From Octopus bimaculoides (taxonomy: Eukaryota): a stretch of DNA of 32,387 nucleotides. Made by a program: the position numbers and the translations under genes. Shown here one piece after another: positions 1 to 11,326 of the stretch. The notes beneath the pieces are model-generated. The model had not been told where the DNA came from, made no database searches, and worked only from the letters and a program-made list of their open reading frames with translations. The stretch spans positions 15,338,351 to 15,370,737 of the forward strand of contig NC_068999.1 in NCBI RefSeq assembly GCF_001194135.2, written 5' to 3'. Each line of letters begins with the position of its first letter. Within the stretch, counting starts at the first letter, position 1.

Positions 1-11
1 TATATATATAT

Positions 12-60
<49 letters not shown>

Positions 61-68
61 CATATATA
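1..68. repeat. (TA)n-(TAGA)n compound microsatellite
   Basis: Read directly from the sequence. Confidence 0.97.
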
Positions 69-886
69 CGGGTTCCTAAACCCGTCAGCCTTCGCGTTAA
101 ATTCTCCTCGCATATTCGTTACTGATATTGAATTATATGCAAGCAGACTAATGTACATGATATTATATACACCATTACCATTGTAGTATTACTAATTTAT
201 AATTATGTAGTAGTTCTTGCAATTCTTGCTATTTACATGGATACACTTAAAATAATATTTTCTTTGTATGTTTGAAATGTATAATTTAGCTAAGAATTTC
301 AATAAAATGAAAGTAATGATTCAAGAAATACTGTAGAACTCTTTCCTACCGTTATGTGAAGATATATAACTATTTATAAGATATCTAATATCCCAAAGGG
401 ACAAAACATTATTGTAAGCAATATAGCAGAAATGGCTACAATTCTTTAACAAAGCTATCTATTTCTAAGGTAATTTGATACGTTGACAAAAAGGAAATAA
501 CATGCAAGTATATGAAATGTGTTATATATTAACAGAATCACTTCGAATTGTTATATTTTACCAGTATCACTTGCAGATTTATAGTGCCTTTTAACATATA
601 TAGTAGCTGGTAGCTTATTAGAATTTTTATAATTTATCGGGATTGTCGAAACTGTATTGGGTGCGTATGGCATATCGTATTTCATACAACAAAATCTACA
701 CGACATATATATTTAATAATAATGTGACAGAGCACCGGTTGCAATATTTCTCTGTTAAGAAAAAAATAATACCAGTTTATATGCTCAGTGATAATGGAGA
801 TATACATATGTATACACGCAGGAGGATAAAAAAAAATGTATTTAGATGTTACAATGCAAAGGACATATTGCATGTATGTGAGCAAG

Positions 887-910
887 TGCATATGTATGTG
901 TATGTATGTG

Positions 911-982
<72 letters not shown>

Positions 983-1698
983 NNNNNNNNNNNNNNNNNN
1001 NNNNNNNNNNNNNNNNNNNNNNNNNNNNNNNNNNNNNNNNNNNNNNNNNNNNNNNNNNNNNNNNNNNNNNNNNNNNNNNNNNNNNNNNNNNNNNNNNNNN
1101 NNNNNNNNNNNNNNNNNNNNNNNNNNNNNNNNNNNNNNNNNNNNNNNNNNNNNNNNNNNNNNNNNNNNNNNNNNNNNNNNNNNNNNNNNNNNNNNNNNNN
1201 NNNNNNNNNNNNNNNNNNNNNNNNNNNNNNNNNNNNNNNNNNNNNNNNNNNNNNNNNNNNNNNNNNNNNNNNNNNNNNNNNNNNNNNNNNNNNNNNNNNN
1301 NNNNNNNNNNNNNNNNNNNNNNNNNNNNNNNNNNNNNNNNNNNNNNNNNNNNNNNNNNNNNNNNNNNNNNNNNNNNNNNNNNNNNNNNNNNNNNNNNNNN
1401 NNNNNNNNNNNNNNNNNNNNNNNNNNNNNNNNNNNNNNNNNNNNNNNNNNNNNNNNNNNNNNNNNNNNNNNNNNNNNNNNNNNNNNNNNNNNNNNNNNNN
1501 NNNNNNNNNNNNNNNNNNNNNNNNNNNNNNNNNNNNNNNNNNNNNNNNNNNNNNNNNNNNNNNNNNNNNNNNNNNNNNNNNNNNNNNNNNNNNNNNNNNN
1601 NNNNNNNNNNNNNNNNNNNNNNNNNNNNNNNNNNNNNNNNNNNNNNNNNNNNNNNNNNNNNNNNNNNNNNNNNNNNNNNNNNNNNNNNTATATATATA

Positions 1699-1737
<39 letters not shown>

Positions 1738-1808
1738 TTAGATAGACAGATAGATAAATAGATACATAATACATATATACATACATACACACATACATAC
1801 ATACATAG
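887..1808. repeat. Compound (TA)n/(CA)n/(TAGA)n/(ATAC)n microsatellite interrupted by an assembly gap
   Basis: Simple repeats on both sides of the N-run; they explain the YIYIYI/X-run ORFs. Confidence 0.95.
983..1688. other. Assembly gap (N-run)
   Basis: Continuous Ns bounded by (TA)n. Confidence 0.99.
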
Positions 1809-3215
1809 ACTGCGAGAGAGATACGTTTAGACATACAGTTAAGGAGACTGTTAAAATATTTTCATGGTTGCCTATAATCTGAATTTGATTTCTTTTCTAG
1901 CTATACACGACTATCACCTCAGATGTAATAAGTATGGAAATGATTGAGGGGAATTCCAGTTATTTATTAGGTTTCTGTTGGTCACTTTAGTTCATGTAGC
2001 ATGAATACTGTCACAGAGACATCAACAGTTTTTTGATTTTTATTTCCTCGGTACCGTTTCCAGATAGATTATTGGCTGTGTGCATGATCTCCTTTGATTG
2101 AATACTGCACGTAGTGGAAATGGGATGTCGGCATAAGTTAGTGGTCAGCAATCTTTCAATGGAGTAATGGCACATTAGTCACTGCTGTATTTATGTGGAG
2201 TAACCAAAGCTGATGCTGTAAAGTCATTCTTGAGTTGGCATAAACAACATGGATATCATACCTAACATGTTCTCTCACTACAATATGCATAACCCACAAT
2301 CTAAAGTCTAACACATAATCCATCAAACTGAAATATCCTTCAATGTGCGTGGAGCATGATAAACGTTGTTGTAGTGAAGTATATATACGTAATGAAATAC
2401 CAAAAATGTGAGAAAAACGAGAGCGGGTTAAAGATAATTATATCTAGAAGTTTAAAAGAGAAGTTCTTGTAAATCAGTTAGTTTATTTTGTTGATTGTTG
2501 GTTTATGTTATTTAAAGAGTATATACTTCTCAAGTTACAAATATCATCATCATTCGCTAAAAGGAACATTAGTAACTGAAGCATATGCGGAGGTGATTCT
2601 TAAAGGAAGAATGTCTGTAACTTTGTGTTACTTAAACCACGTATGGAAATTTCAGATCATGTTGCGGTCGCACCAATATCTTAAATTTATCGCATTTTAT
2701 CTAATGCACTACATATATGCATGAAAATACGTTTATATCACGGATAAGGTAAATGGTTATCATGAATATGCTGGGAAGATGTGCTTCTTTTTTGGCTAAG
2801 ACTCAATGTCACGCTGATCCTAAATGCATATCACATTTTGAACAGCAGTGGTAGTATTCTTGCTTAGATGTGGTTTCTTGAGATACAAATTTTCTGGCAG
2901 TAGTTATTTGATATTCTACATATTTGAAATTGTTTGGGTTGGTGGACGAATGAGACGCATAATAGGTTTGCTCGATCGATTTGCTACATCTGCTAAGAAT
3001 CGCAAGCAAATATACGCTGTGTGCTTACTTTACATTTTCATTGTCGTAGTCGGGGAAAGCTGACTTAAAATACATAGAGCTTATTGCTGTCATACGTTTT
3101 CATTTATAACTATGAGGCGATAACTCCTTCTCTCGAAATATTACGGGTAAAATCCATGTAGTGAGAGAACTGCATCACCAGGCTGGCCAAAGGTGAAACG
3201 TTTGTGATTATGAAA

Positions 3216-3357
3216 GGCTCAAGCGTGGCTGTATCGTAAAGAAGATGCTTCCTAAACAGATGGTTCCGGACTCAGTCCCAGTGCGTGGCACTGTGGACTA
3301 TAATCTTGGGCCGGTGAAATGCTTGTGAGTAGATTCAGTAGGTGGAAACTGCAAAAA
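3216..3357 (+). mobile_element. tRNA-headed SINE family A (CORE-like), 5' part, diverged
   Basis: gcgtggctgt...ttccggactcagtccc...gcgtggcac...gcttgtgagtagattcagtaggtggaaactg aligns by eye with copies at 8668, 24224 and 31558; A/B-box-like head. The CORE/OR2-type assignment is from memory. Confidence 0.65.
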
Positions 3358-3449
3358 TGTGTTTTACTGGTTGCTTAAATAGCAAAATATTTCTTCTTAC
3401 AATTATACATTTAAAAAGTATATACCGAGAAAAAAAAAAAGAATAAAAA

Positions 3450-3487
3450 TTATATATATATACATATATATATACACACACACACAT

Positions 3488-3540
<53 letters not shown>

Positions 3541-3586
3541 NNNNNNNNNNATATATATATATATATATACACGCACATATATATAT

Positions 3587-3623
<37 letters not shown>

Positions 3624-3636
3624 CATATATATATAA
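3450..3636. repeat. (TA)n/(CA)n microsatellite containing a 10-N gap (3541-3550)
   Basis: Read directly from the sequence. Confidence 0.95.
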
Positions 3637-3639
3637 ACT

Positions 3640-3985
3640 ATAAAGACCTATGTGCTAGGGAAAAAGATGGGTTTGCTTAAACTTGATGGATGCTGCAGAT
3701 ACATAGTTGATATATTTATTCCTAATTATGGTCTCCAAATGGCTTCAAAGCCATGGTTCACTAGTAAACATCCTTCTTTTATTAGTTATGGTGATTTATC
3801 TGGGCAAATCGTTAGATATAGTACTGTTATCCATAATGCTAATAGATATTTGGAAAGAATAAATAAGCTGTTAAGACATTTAGTACAAAAGGGTATACAT
3901 ATGGTAAGTTGGTTAAAACTTTTAATCGGTGTTTAGGTGATAATCTTGAAATTCTAAATAAATATGGAGTCTTCAGCTAAGCAAA
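3640..3985 (+). mobile_element. Probable degenerate Penelope-like element fragment (RT C-terminal/thumb region)
   Basis: ORF 3652-3936 ends ...SYGDLSGQIVRYSTVIHNANRYLERINKLLRHLVQKG, followed in another frame by GDNLEILNKYG. This resembles the recalled PLE pattern SYGxxxSQxxRY...RxxxLxxxLxxxGY...LxxKYG. No catalytic motif is visible. Confidence 0.4.
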
Positions 3986-4829
3986 TATTTGTAAGGAGTT
4001 GAAGGTTTACGACTCGAGTTATTTGATTACTACGTCACCAATGTTCAGACATATGAGAACGTGGTAATTACGTACTACGTCATCAATATTTAGTTTACCC
4101 TTTAAATTCTTGGTGAGTGAACCGCATGTCTGATTAAACATGTCATTGTTAATACTTGTAGTTTTACTATTTGGAGTTTTATTGTCTATTAAACAGTTTA
4201 ATCAGTTTTAAACATAGCAAGGTATATTACAAGTATTTTATTAGTTCCTATTTAATGAAATTTAAGTGTATAGTGGTCACTGGCAATTTAATATAACAAC
4301 TTGTAGTGGTAATATATTAACGAGCATGTAGTATTCTATTATTAACTTTGGAATGATGAAATAATGTATTTCACTCATAATAATATTAGTTAAATTAATT
4401 TCAATCATGATTTGCTTTGGAAAAAATTTATAAGGCTTGAACTTTCATTATAGCAGTATCTATGGAAGACTGTTGGGATTATTATTTATATGGACTTAAA
4501 GATTGATCACAATTTAGCATATAATCTAGTTATTGCCGTTTAGTAGCAATACCGATACAATGTACATTCGTTTATATGTCTTTTGTTGTAGTTTTATTAA
4601 AGTTAATATTTAATCCTGCTTATATATTGATTGATTGAAATAATGTGGTTATTGAGCTTTAACTTTTATATTACACTACGGAAGACGGTAGGGATTATAA
4701 TTGTTGTATGAGTTAACAGAGTTGTCGCTGCTTAGTTACTCATTTAGGAGTGGTTGTTATTTACGAGTCGTATTTACGAGTGATATTTACGAGCGAAATT
4801 ATATATGGATACTGTTGTACATAGGGTAA

Positions 4830-5200
4830 ATGTGTTTGAAAGTTATGTTTTCTTTGGCTTGTTTGTTCCCAAACAACACTTATTTTAGTGCTGTTGACAA
4901 CGCCGGATTGAATGGTACAGCCCAGTTGTCATAACTATAATGATATCCGCGAGGCGGCTGATGATGGACGCATGTTGGATTGTTGGTTTGGTTGGTTTTG
5001 TATAGGTGGAATTGTTTTATTGGATTGTTGCTATGACTGCGGAAGAGTATTATTACACATCCTTTTGATTTCTTCGAAACGCCGGAGTTTTAATGGTGGC
5101 AGCTGATGAAGGGGATGTTTCTATGTGGCCTGCTTGTTTGTTGCGCCTTGTTTACCCTTTTTGTCCTTGTTCTTTTGCTACGTAATGTACCCATTTATGT
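4830..5200 (-). mobile_element. Interspersed repeat fragment, possibly a PLE 5' ORF/terminal-repeat region
   Basis: Minus strand reads KLRRFEEIKRMCNNTLPQS*QQSNKTIPPIQNQPNQQ, a degenerate low-complexity frame in a GC-richer block; family assignment is recall-based and weak. Confidence 0.3.
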
Positions 5201-5204
5201 ATCT

Positions 5205-5267
5205 ATATGTACATGTGGATGAACGTATATATATACATGTACATATATATGCATACACTCATATATT

Positions 5268-5310
<43 letters not shown>

Positions 5311-5313
5311 TAT
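5205..5313. repeat. (TA)n-rich microsatellite
   Basis: Read directly from the sequence. Confidence 0.9.
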
Positions 5314-5492
5314 TAGAGAATCCCATTCCATTATACCGTACATAGTCTAAAGATGCCGACTCGTCAACTATTTTAGCGGGATTGCAATCATCTCAGGAAT
5401 ACGGACCGCGATCTTAAGAGACATATAACTTGTGGAAATGAGTGTAGTGATTTATAAATTTCATCCAAGAATTATTGTTATTATTATTTCTA

Positions 5493-5748
5493 TGTGTGCG
5501 TATGCGTGTGTATGTATGCGTGTGCGTGTGTGTATCTTCGTGCCTGTCTTTATACCCCCATCGCTGCTTGACAACCGTTGTCGGTGCATTTACTTCCCCG
5601 TAACTTAGCGATTCGTCAGAAGAGTCCTATATTACAAGTACCAAGCTTAAAGGAAATACGTCCTAGGTCGACTTCCTCGACTAAAACCCTTCAAGGCGGT
5701 GCTCAAGCAAGGCTGCAGTCAAATGGCTTAAACAAATAAAAGAATAAC
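5493..5748 (+). mobile_element. SINE family A, 3' half with tail
   Basis: (GT)-rich linker, then gcttgacaaccg...tttac...ccgtaacttagcg...tcgactaaa...aaggcggtgctc...gcagtcaaatg...aaacaaataaaagaataa; collinear with 24400-24683. Confidence 0.75.
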
Positions 5749-6842
5749 TGAGCAAAGAATCAATATTATTCAATGTAGAAAAGTTAAAATTATCCTCAAC
5801 GAAGAAGTAAGCGAGTATAAATATGTCACCAACGCAGCTTTTGGAAGTTAGACAAGCTGGCTTGAAAGACTAGATAGTACGGTTTGTTTGTAAATATGTT
5901 CAATAAATTTGAAACATTGTTTTTGCGAGAATGTTGGTAAGGATTTAGTGAATTGCTGAATGTCTGTGTCAGAGTGACCGTAGCGACTATAGAATATAAT
6001 AGATAGTTTAGTCGGTTATTTGGTCACGATTGCGATAATAGCTGCGTAGCTGCAAATAAATACTACATCAAAAGTGAAAGCATACGCACTGTGCTCGCAT
6101 GCCTCCAGATGAAACCAGTACAGTGGCTGTATCACCACATCTGAGCTGTCGGCATAACCAGTGAAAGAATATAAAAGATGCTTAAAAGATGTTTAAGAAG
6201 CAGAACCAAGGAAAACTTTATAGAATGAGCTGATAACTTTTAATATAACGGGTGTCATTTTAAAAATGGTTCTACGTTTGTTTTATATGTTGGAAACGTA
6301 GGAAGTTTACCGTTACTGATGAGAATATTTTTTTCTTTTTAAGTTTGGAACAAAAGGTGCCTGAAGTTGCTAATATTGGTCAAAATTGAGCTGATATTGT
6401 CCTCTCCTTAATCTGGGTACATGTTGAATTCATGTCCATGATATAAAGATCAATGTTTTAAGGTATTCGTATTTTAAGTGATTCTGTCTTGAATGATAGA
6501 ACAGTATTTCAATCCTTTTTCCAAGTCGGTATACAGAAATCTTTAGGTCTGCGGTTTTTTAAGAGCCAGACATCATGAATGAGACATTTCGGTGATAGAG
6601 TTGGGTTTATACAACATTTTGAATATAGATCAGTTTACTTGGCGTAGTGGTTAATATAATTGTAAATAATGTACATAATGTACATAATTCCTCGTCTCTT
6701 AGATATATAACTGTATTGAAAGAAGTAGTAATCCAAGAAATTCTATTTCTTAAAACATATATATTTTTAGCAGAGCTCAATTTTTCTTTCCGACTGTTTA
6801 CTAATGAATAGTGTTGGAATGAATATTGCTGGAACTGCTGAA

Positions 6843-6945
6843 CAGATACTTATTTTATCGACCCCGGAAAGATGAAACGTAAAGATGACCCCGGTGGAAT
6901 TTGAGCTCAGAACGTAGAGACAGAGGAAATGTAATTTTGCCAGGA
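6843..6945 (-). mobile_element. SINE family B (tRNA head plus Deu/Nin-like core), partial
   Basis: tacttattttatcgaccccggaaagatgaa...gaccccggtggaatttgagctcagaacgta is the reverse complement of the core shared with 20948-21140 and 23801-24012. Confidence 0.7.
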
Positions 6946-6974
6946 GTGGTAAAGCCTGTGACAGCTTGTCACCT

Positions 6975-7050
6975 TAATGAGGCACCGAACTTCATCGCTA
7001 AATGAGGCACTGAACCTCGCTGACTTAATGAGGTACTGAACGTCATCAAC
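6975..7050. repeat. Three-copy 25-26 bp minisatellite (aatgaggcactgaac...)
   Basis: aatgagg starts at 6976, 7001 and 7027, each followed by (c/t)ac(c/t)gaac. Confidence 0.8.
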
Positions 7051-7212
7051 AAATAATTTAGAATTGTAGATATTCATCTGTTGTTTTGTTAATCTAATGA
7101 GATGTTTCTTAGCAGAAAACTTGCGGCAGTGCGAAATTAATAAAAGGCAATAATTTAATGAACGTACTCTACAAGACATATTCAGCTAACTTATTTCACA
7201 CTCTCACTCGCT

Positions 7213-7349
7213 AAAACACACACACGAATATATGTATATCTAATTTTAGTTATAGTTATAGATATATGCATAATGTATATATATATATGCATGTGTGTGT
7301 GCACGCGCGTACGTATGTGTGTGTATAAGCGTGTGTGTGTGAGTGTGCG

Positions 7350-7381
<32 letters not shown>

Positions 7382-7435
7382 CATACTTGTGTGTATCCGT
7401 GTGTGTGTATGTCAGCGTGTGTGTAAGCATATATT
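7213..7435. repeat. Compound TA/GT/ATAC microsatellite
   Basis: Read directly; explains ORF 7191-7601. Confidence 0.9.
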
Positions 7436-8667
7436 TATGGAAGCACATATAAAAACTTGATGCATACGAAAATAGTTTGAGCGAAACAAATATACATCTC
7501 ATCACATATGCGAATCCTGTTATGCAATTACAGATGTTGAATTCTTGCATGTCGTACTTTTCACGTGCATTGCTTTGAAAATACAAACGTGCACGATACA
7601 AAATTCATAATAGGTTTCATCGATTAACTTGTTAGCAAATCTACTGATTGGAATTGATTTTACTGTATACTATCTTCCGTTTGCATAATATAAAATATGT
7701 ATGATATAGTTAGTTTCAGCAGCTCTCCTTCACAAAATACTACGTTAACTGTGATTCATCCTTCCGGTTTAATACAAAGTCAATTGCATATTGTACGTGA
7801 GTATTTTTTTTTATAACGATGTTTAATGAGGCCACTTATGGCAAAAACTATATTTCTTTCCAAGTTTATAGAATAAAATTTCAGCTAAGATTAAGAAAAA
7901 AGAATGGACGGTATCGACTACATATCTAACACAAAATATTCATTTTTCTGTATATTTATTCTGCATTGTATAGAATCTGGGAATCTTGGTATTCCTTCTA
8001 AACCAGAGTTTAACATTTTGGTGAATGAGGATTTGTGAGCGAAGTTATAATTTATGACTGCTTAACATAACTCGTGTTTTAGTTATGATAGGAATCTTCG
8101 AATATTTACCCTTGTATTTCCATGTCAGCTTTCTGGAATATTTTTTCACCTTTCTATCATGGAATAAAATAGGTATTTTATGAGTAGGAAATATCATGTA
8201 AGATCATGAAGTTAACTTGCGGCATTCTATTTAGTTTACTTGGTGTCTGTGTCAACAATACATCAAATATAACATAGTTATCTAGAAATGCAAAACTTAT
8301 ATTAGTCATTCTTTAGATTATATACGTTGTAAAGAAAATATATTGGCAATATGAGTTGGCATTCAGATACCAGCATTATCTCAGATTAAATTTCACCATA
8401 CTTGCTCACACTGTGTTATGATGATATCTATGCGTCCATATATAATTTTACACTGGGAGTACAATCTTATTATGATCAATTACCAGGAGAAATTCTACCC
8501 ATTCTCTGGGGCTGCACCATTAGTAATCCCCAACAATAACGGTTATTTTTCATTCCGGGTGATTAAGGACTACATGTAATTGTGAAAATAAATACTTGCA
8601 TAAATCAAGCGATGATATGTGAAACATGATATAATGGGTAACAGTTTACATTAAATTATAAATTTCT

Positions 8668-8822
8668 GCAGGCGTGGCAGTGTGGTAAAAAAAAAAACAA
8701 TTATACGCTTCCGGGTTCAGTTCTGCAGCGTGGTACATTGTACAAATGTTTTCTACGATAGCTTCGGGGTGACACAAGCTTTATGAGTGCATTTGGTAAG
8801 CAGAAACTGAAAACAGCCCATC
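8668..8822 (+). mobile_element. SINE family A, 5' part
   Basis: gcaggcgtggcagtgtggtaa...ttccgggttcagtt...gcgtggtacatt...tttatgagtgcatttggtaagcagaaactgaaaacagccc, followed by an (ATAC)n/(GT)n linker at 8828-8874. Confidence 0.7.
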
Positions 8823-9250
8823 TTTTAGATACATACATACATACATACATACATACATACATGTGTGTGTGTGTTTAACTACGTTATTCCTTTCACTTTT
8901 GGTTGGCAATTCAATTTCACACTTTTTCTGGTTGCTGCTCTTTTTCCTGTTTTAAGCATACGGAAAAGAGGTAGACAGCTAGATAAGCGGTTGTGACTGG
9001 GGAATAAATAGTTACAGTTCGAGCCCGTGTAACTTCTAAGAAATGCAGTGTCTAGATTTTAATAGTTTTACAAAAATTTATTAAAAATGCAAAAACAAGT
9101 AGCTTTTATAATATCCTGTGATTTGACAGAAAATTTCAGGTACATTTAAAACCGTTTGAAACAGACTTGTTTTTCTGGAGATGTCTCCTTTCTATGACAA
9201 ATTACGTCCTTCAAAAACCTGAATATTTGTATAATAGTGATTTTAAATAT

Positions 9251-9423
9251 TGTCACAAGGCAGACAATTTTTGGGCAAGGAGTAAGTTGATTACATCGAC
9301 CACAGTTCTCATCAACTCTGAAAAGATGAGTCGACCTCGGCGGGATTTGAACTCAGAGCATAAAGGTGGACGAAATGCTGCTAAGAATTTTGCCAGGCGT
9401 GCTAACGATTCTGCCTGCCCACT
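9251..9423 (-). mobile_element. SINE family B copy
   Basis: cacaagg...gattacatcgacc...gtcgacctcggcgggatttgaactcaga...gctaagaattttgccaggcgtgctaacgattctgcc matches the reverse complement of the family B head and core. Confidence 0.8.
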
Positions 9424-9458
9424 GTTTTAATGTGTTCTATAATATTGATTTGCAATTA

Positions 9459-9620
9459 TGTCACAAGGCCAGCAACCTCGAGGAAGGTGGCAAGTCGACT
9501 ACATCGATTCCAGTATTCAACTGGTATTTATTTTATCAACCCCGAAAGGATTAAAGTTAAAGGCGACCTTGGTGGATATCGAAATAAGAACGTGCTAATG
9601 ATTCTGTCAGCTTGCCGCCT
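9459..9620 (-). mobile_element. SINE family B copy, internally deleted
   Basis: cacaaggccagcaa...tcgactacatcga...actggtatttattttatcaaccccgaaaggat...ggcgaccttggtgga...gctaatgattctgtcagcttgccgcct. Confidence 0.8.
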
Positions 9621-9884
9621 CGAAGAGATTTATAATATTGGAATGTTTGTTCAACAAGAATTTCCTTCTCCGCAAATAGTTAATATATGAGAAGAATGTC
9701 TGCGCTGCTACGGAAAATTCTTTTAAATGTAAAACTACATATAATACTTTAACTACTGCTTATGTTTTAACGGTGGTTCTTCCACATTTTGACACGAGAG
9801 AAAAACCAGTCGAATTCTCTTCAAATTAAACAATACTGTTCTCAATAGTAAATACTGTCTTTCTGAAAAGCAAAATGATGAAGT

Positions 9885-9950
9885 GGTCATGGCGGGAACG
9901 CTTCTGATCATAGGTTTTCTCGATCATGACTAACTTGGAGCTAAATAACG
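9885..9950 (-). repeat. Short dispersed repeat (family C: ttagctccaag...gatcgag...ctatgatca...ttcc.gccatgacc)
   Basis: Similar diverged stretches on the plus strand at ~11352-11420, ~14017-14090 and ~23690-23750. Confidence 0.45.
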
Positions 9951-10274
9951 AAATCTATAACATGAAATCTCATTTAATTTTTGAAACGAAACAGCAGAGC
10001 AATTAACCTACTTTATTCATATTTCCGAAGTTATCAATATGAACGAAGTTTCTTAAAATAGGTCACTGCTTTTACAATTGAATAAAAATCAAGTGTAAAA
10101 TTTCACATTAACTTGTGAGAAGTTTAGACAGTGAAGAAATGAGAAATTTTACATTAGTCCTAAATTGTTTGTTAACTCAATACTTCAAATGTCTATGATA
10201 ATATGATTCCCGTGTCTTGGTCATACTCAGAGATGAAAACATTAGAGAAGTTAAAAGTTTCTCTTTATTGAATT

Positions 10275-10418
10275 TGGTTGAAGAACTCTATACCTCATTA
10301 GAGTGAATGCAAATCACCAAGACGTTAATATCATTCTTTTCTTTACTATTTAGTTACAATTGACAAACAACCATGACTTGTACAAACAGCCATGACGTGT
10401 GAAATTCACGATGCTGCA
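10275..10418 (+). repeat. 144-bp direct repeat, copy 1
   Basis: tggttgaagaactc...cacgatgctgca is identical base for base to 11183-11326. Confidence 0.95.
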
Positions 10419-11182
10419 CAAATATACGCACCTCGAAAGGACATTATGTTCACCTCATTTAGTCTTTAAAATTCTAAGCATTTAATCATGGTTTATACAA
10501 ATTCATTCAATAATCTCTTTTAGATGCTTGCCGTGTTCGGTAATGATATTATTTTCAAAGAATTAACGTCTGTATTATGTTTTTCGCAACAACGAAAATG
10601 TCAAATGGCTGTTTCCCTTCTATTTGTCAGAAAACAAATTTCATGTAATTTCAATAGAATTTTAATCATTGCCACTAAAATAACGCCTGCAATAACCGTA
10701 CAAATGTCGCTTGTATCAAAGGCGGGAAAGGTTTACACGTGTGACTAGAGATTAAACATTTTAGTATAGTTAGTTACTAGAGGATCTGGTTGTCATGCAC
10801 TAGAGCATTCTTAAGTTCACCTGGCTGACCTCCGTCTTTTTTAGTAACATTGCTAATGAGGTTTTTAAAAGCCATAAATACGAACGAACTATGTTAATCA
10901 TGTAATTTGAACAGTCATCCAAATAGAAACGTAATTATAATCCCTCCCTTTAGCGTTTTATGTTTTAAACGCTTGTCATAAAATGAAAACTTTGTGTTCA
11001 GAAAACAGTTTAATAATACTAATATTGATTTCTTAGAATGGCATAAAGACACACATTTCTGAGAAAAATAGAGCAAATTATAATTCTGTCTCCTAGTATA
11101 TTACAGGTACTGAACTTATCAAACACGATTTGAATAAAATCAAAGCAGAAATTAATCTTTCAAGGACACGAAAAGCAGAATG

Positions 11183-11326
11183 TGGTTGAAGAACTCTATA
11201 CCTCATTAGAGTGAATGCAAATCACCAAGACGTTAATATCATTCTTTTCTTTACTATTTAGTTACAATTGACAAACAACCATGACTTGTACAAACAGCCA
11301 TGACGTGTGAAATTCACGATGCTGCA
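11183..11326 (+). repeat. 144-bp direct repeat, copy 2
   Basis: Identical to 10275-10418, at an offset of 908 bp. Confidence 0.95.

Noticed and set aside
68-85. Small hairpin acgggtt-ccta-aacccgt next to (TAGA)n, resembling a Helitron 3' stem
   Set aside because: Only a 7-bp stem, with no downstream CTAG terminus; compatible with chance.
643-1834. Long 270-356 aa ORFs spanning the first gap
   Set aside because: Made of (TA)n-derived YIYI runs and translated Ns; assembly artefacts.
1900-2330. Minus-strand AVTNV...IADH resembling the end of a LINE endonuclease domain
   Set aside because: Too few conserved residues across stop-ridden frames to support a call.
2809-3009. 66-aa minus-strand ORF with YYHCCSKCDMHL, faintly like a piggyBac C-terminal Cys domain
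   Set aside because: Cys spacing is incomplete, it uses a TTG start, and there is no other transposase signal or TIR/TTAA context.
5060-5118. Hammerhead-like core pieces GAAAC-gccgga-GTT and CTGATGA-agggga in permuted order
   Set aside because: Stem I cannot form from ttaatggtggcag and stem II needs an extra base plus G:U pairs; the GAAAC is also explained as antisense of a degenerate reading frame. An RNAMotif/Infernal HHR search on the family consensus would settle it.
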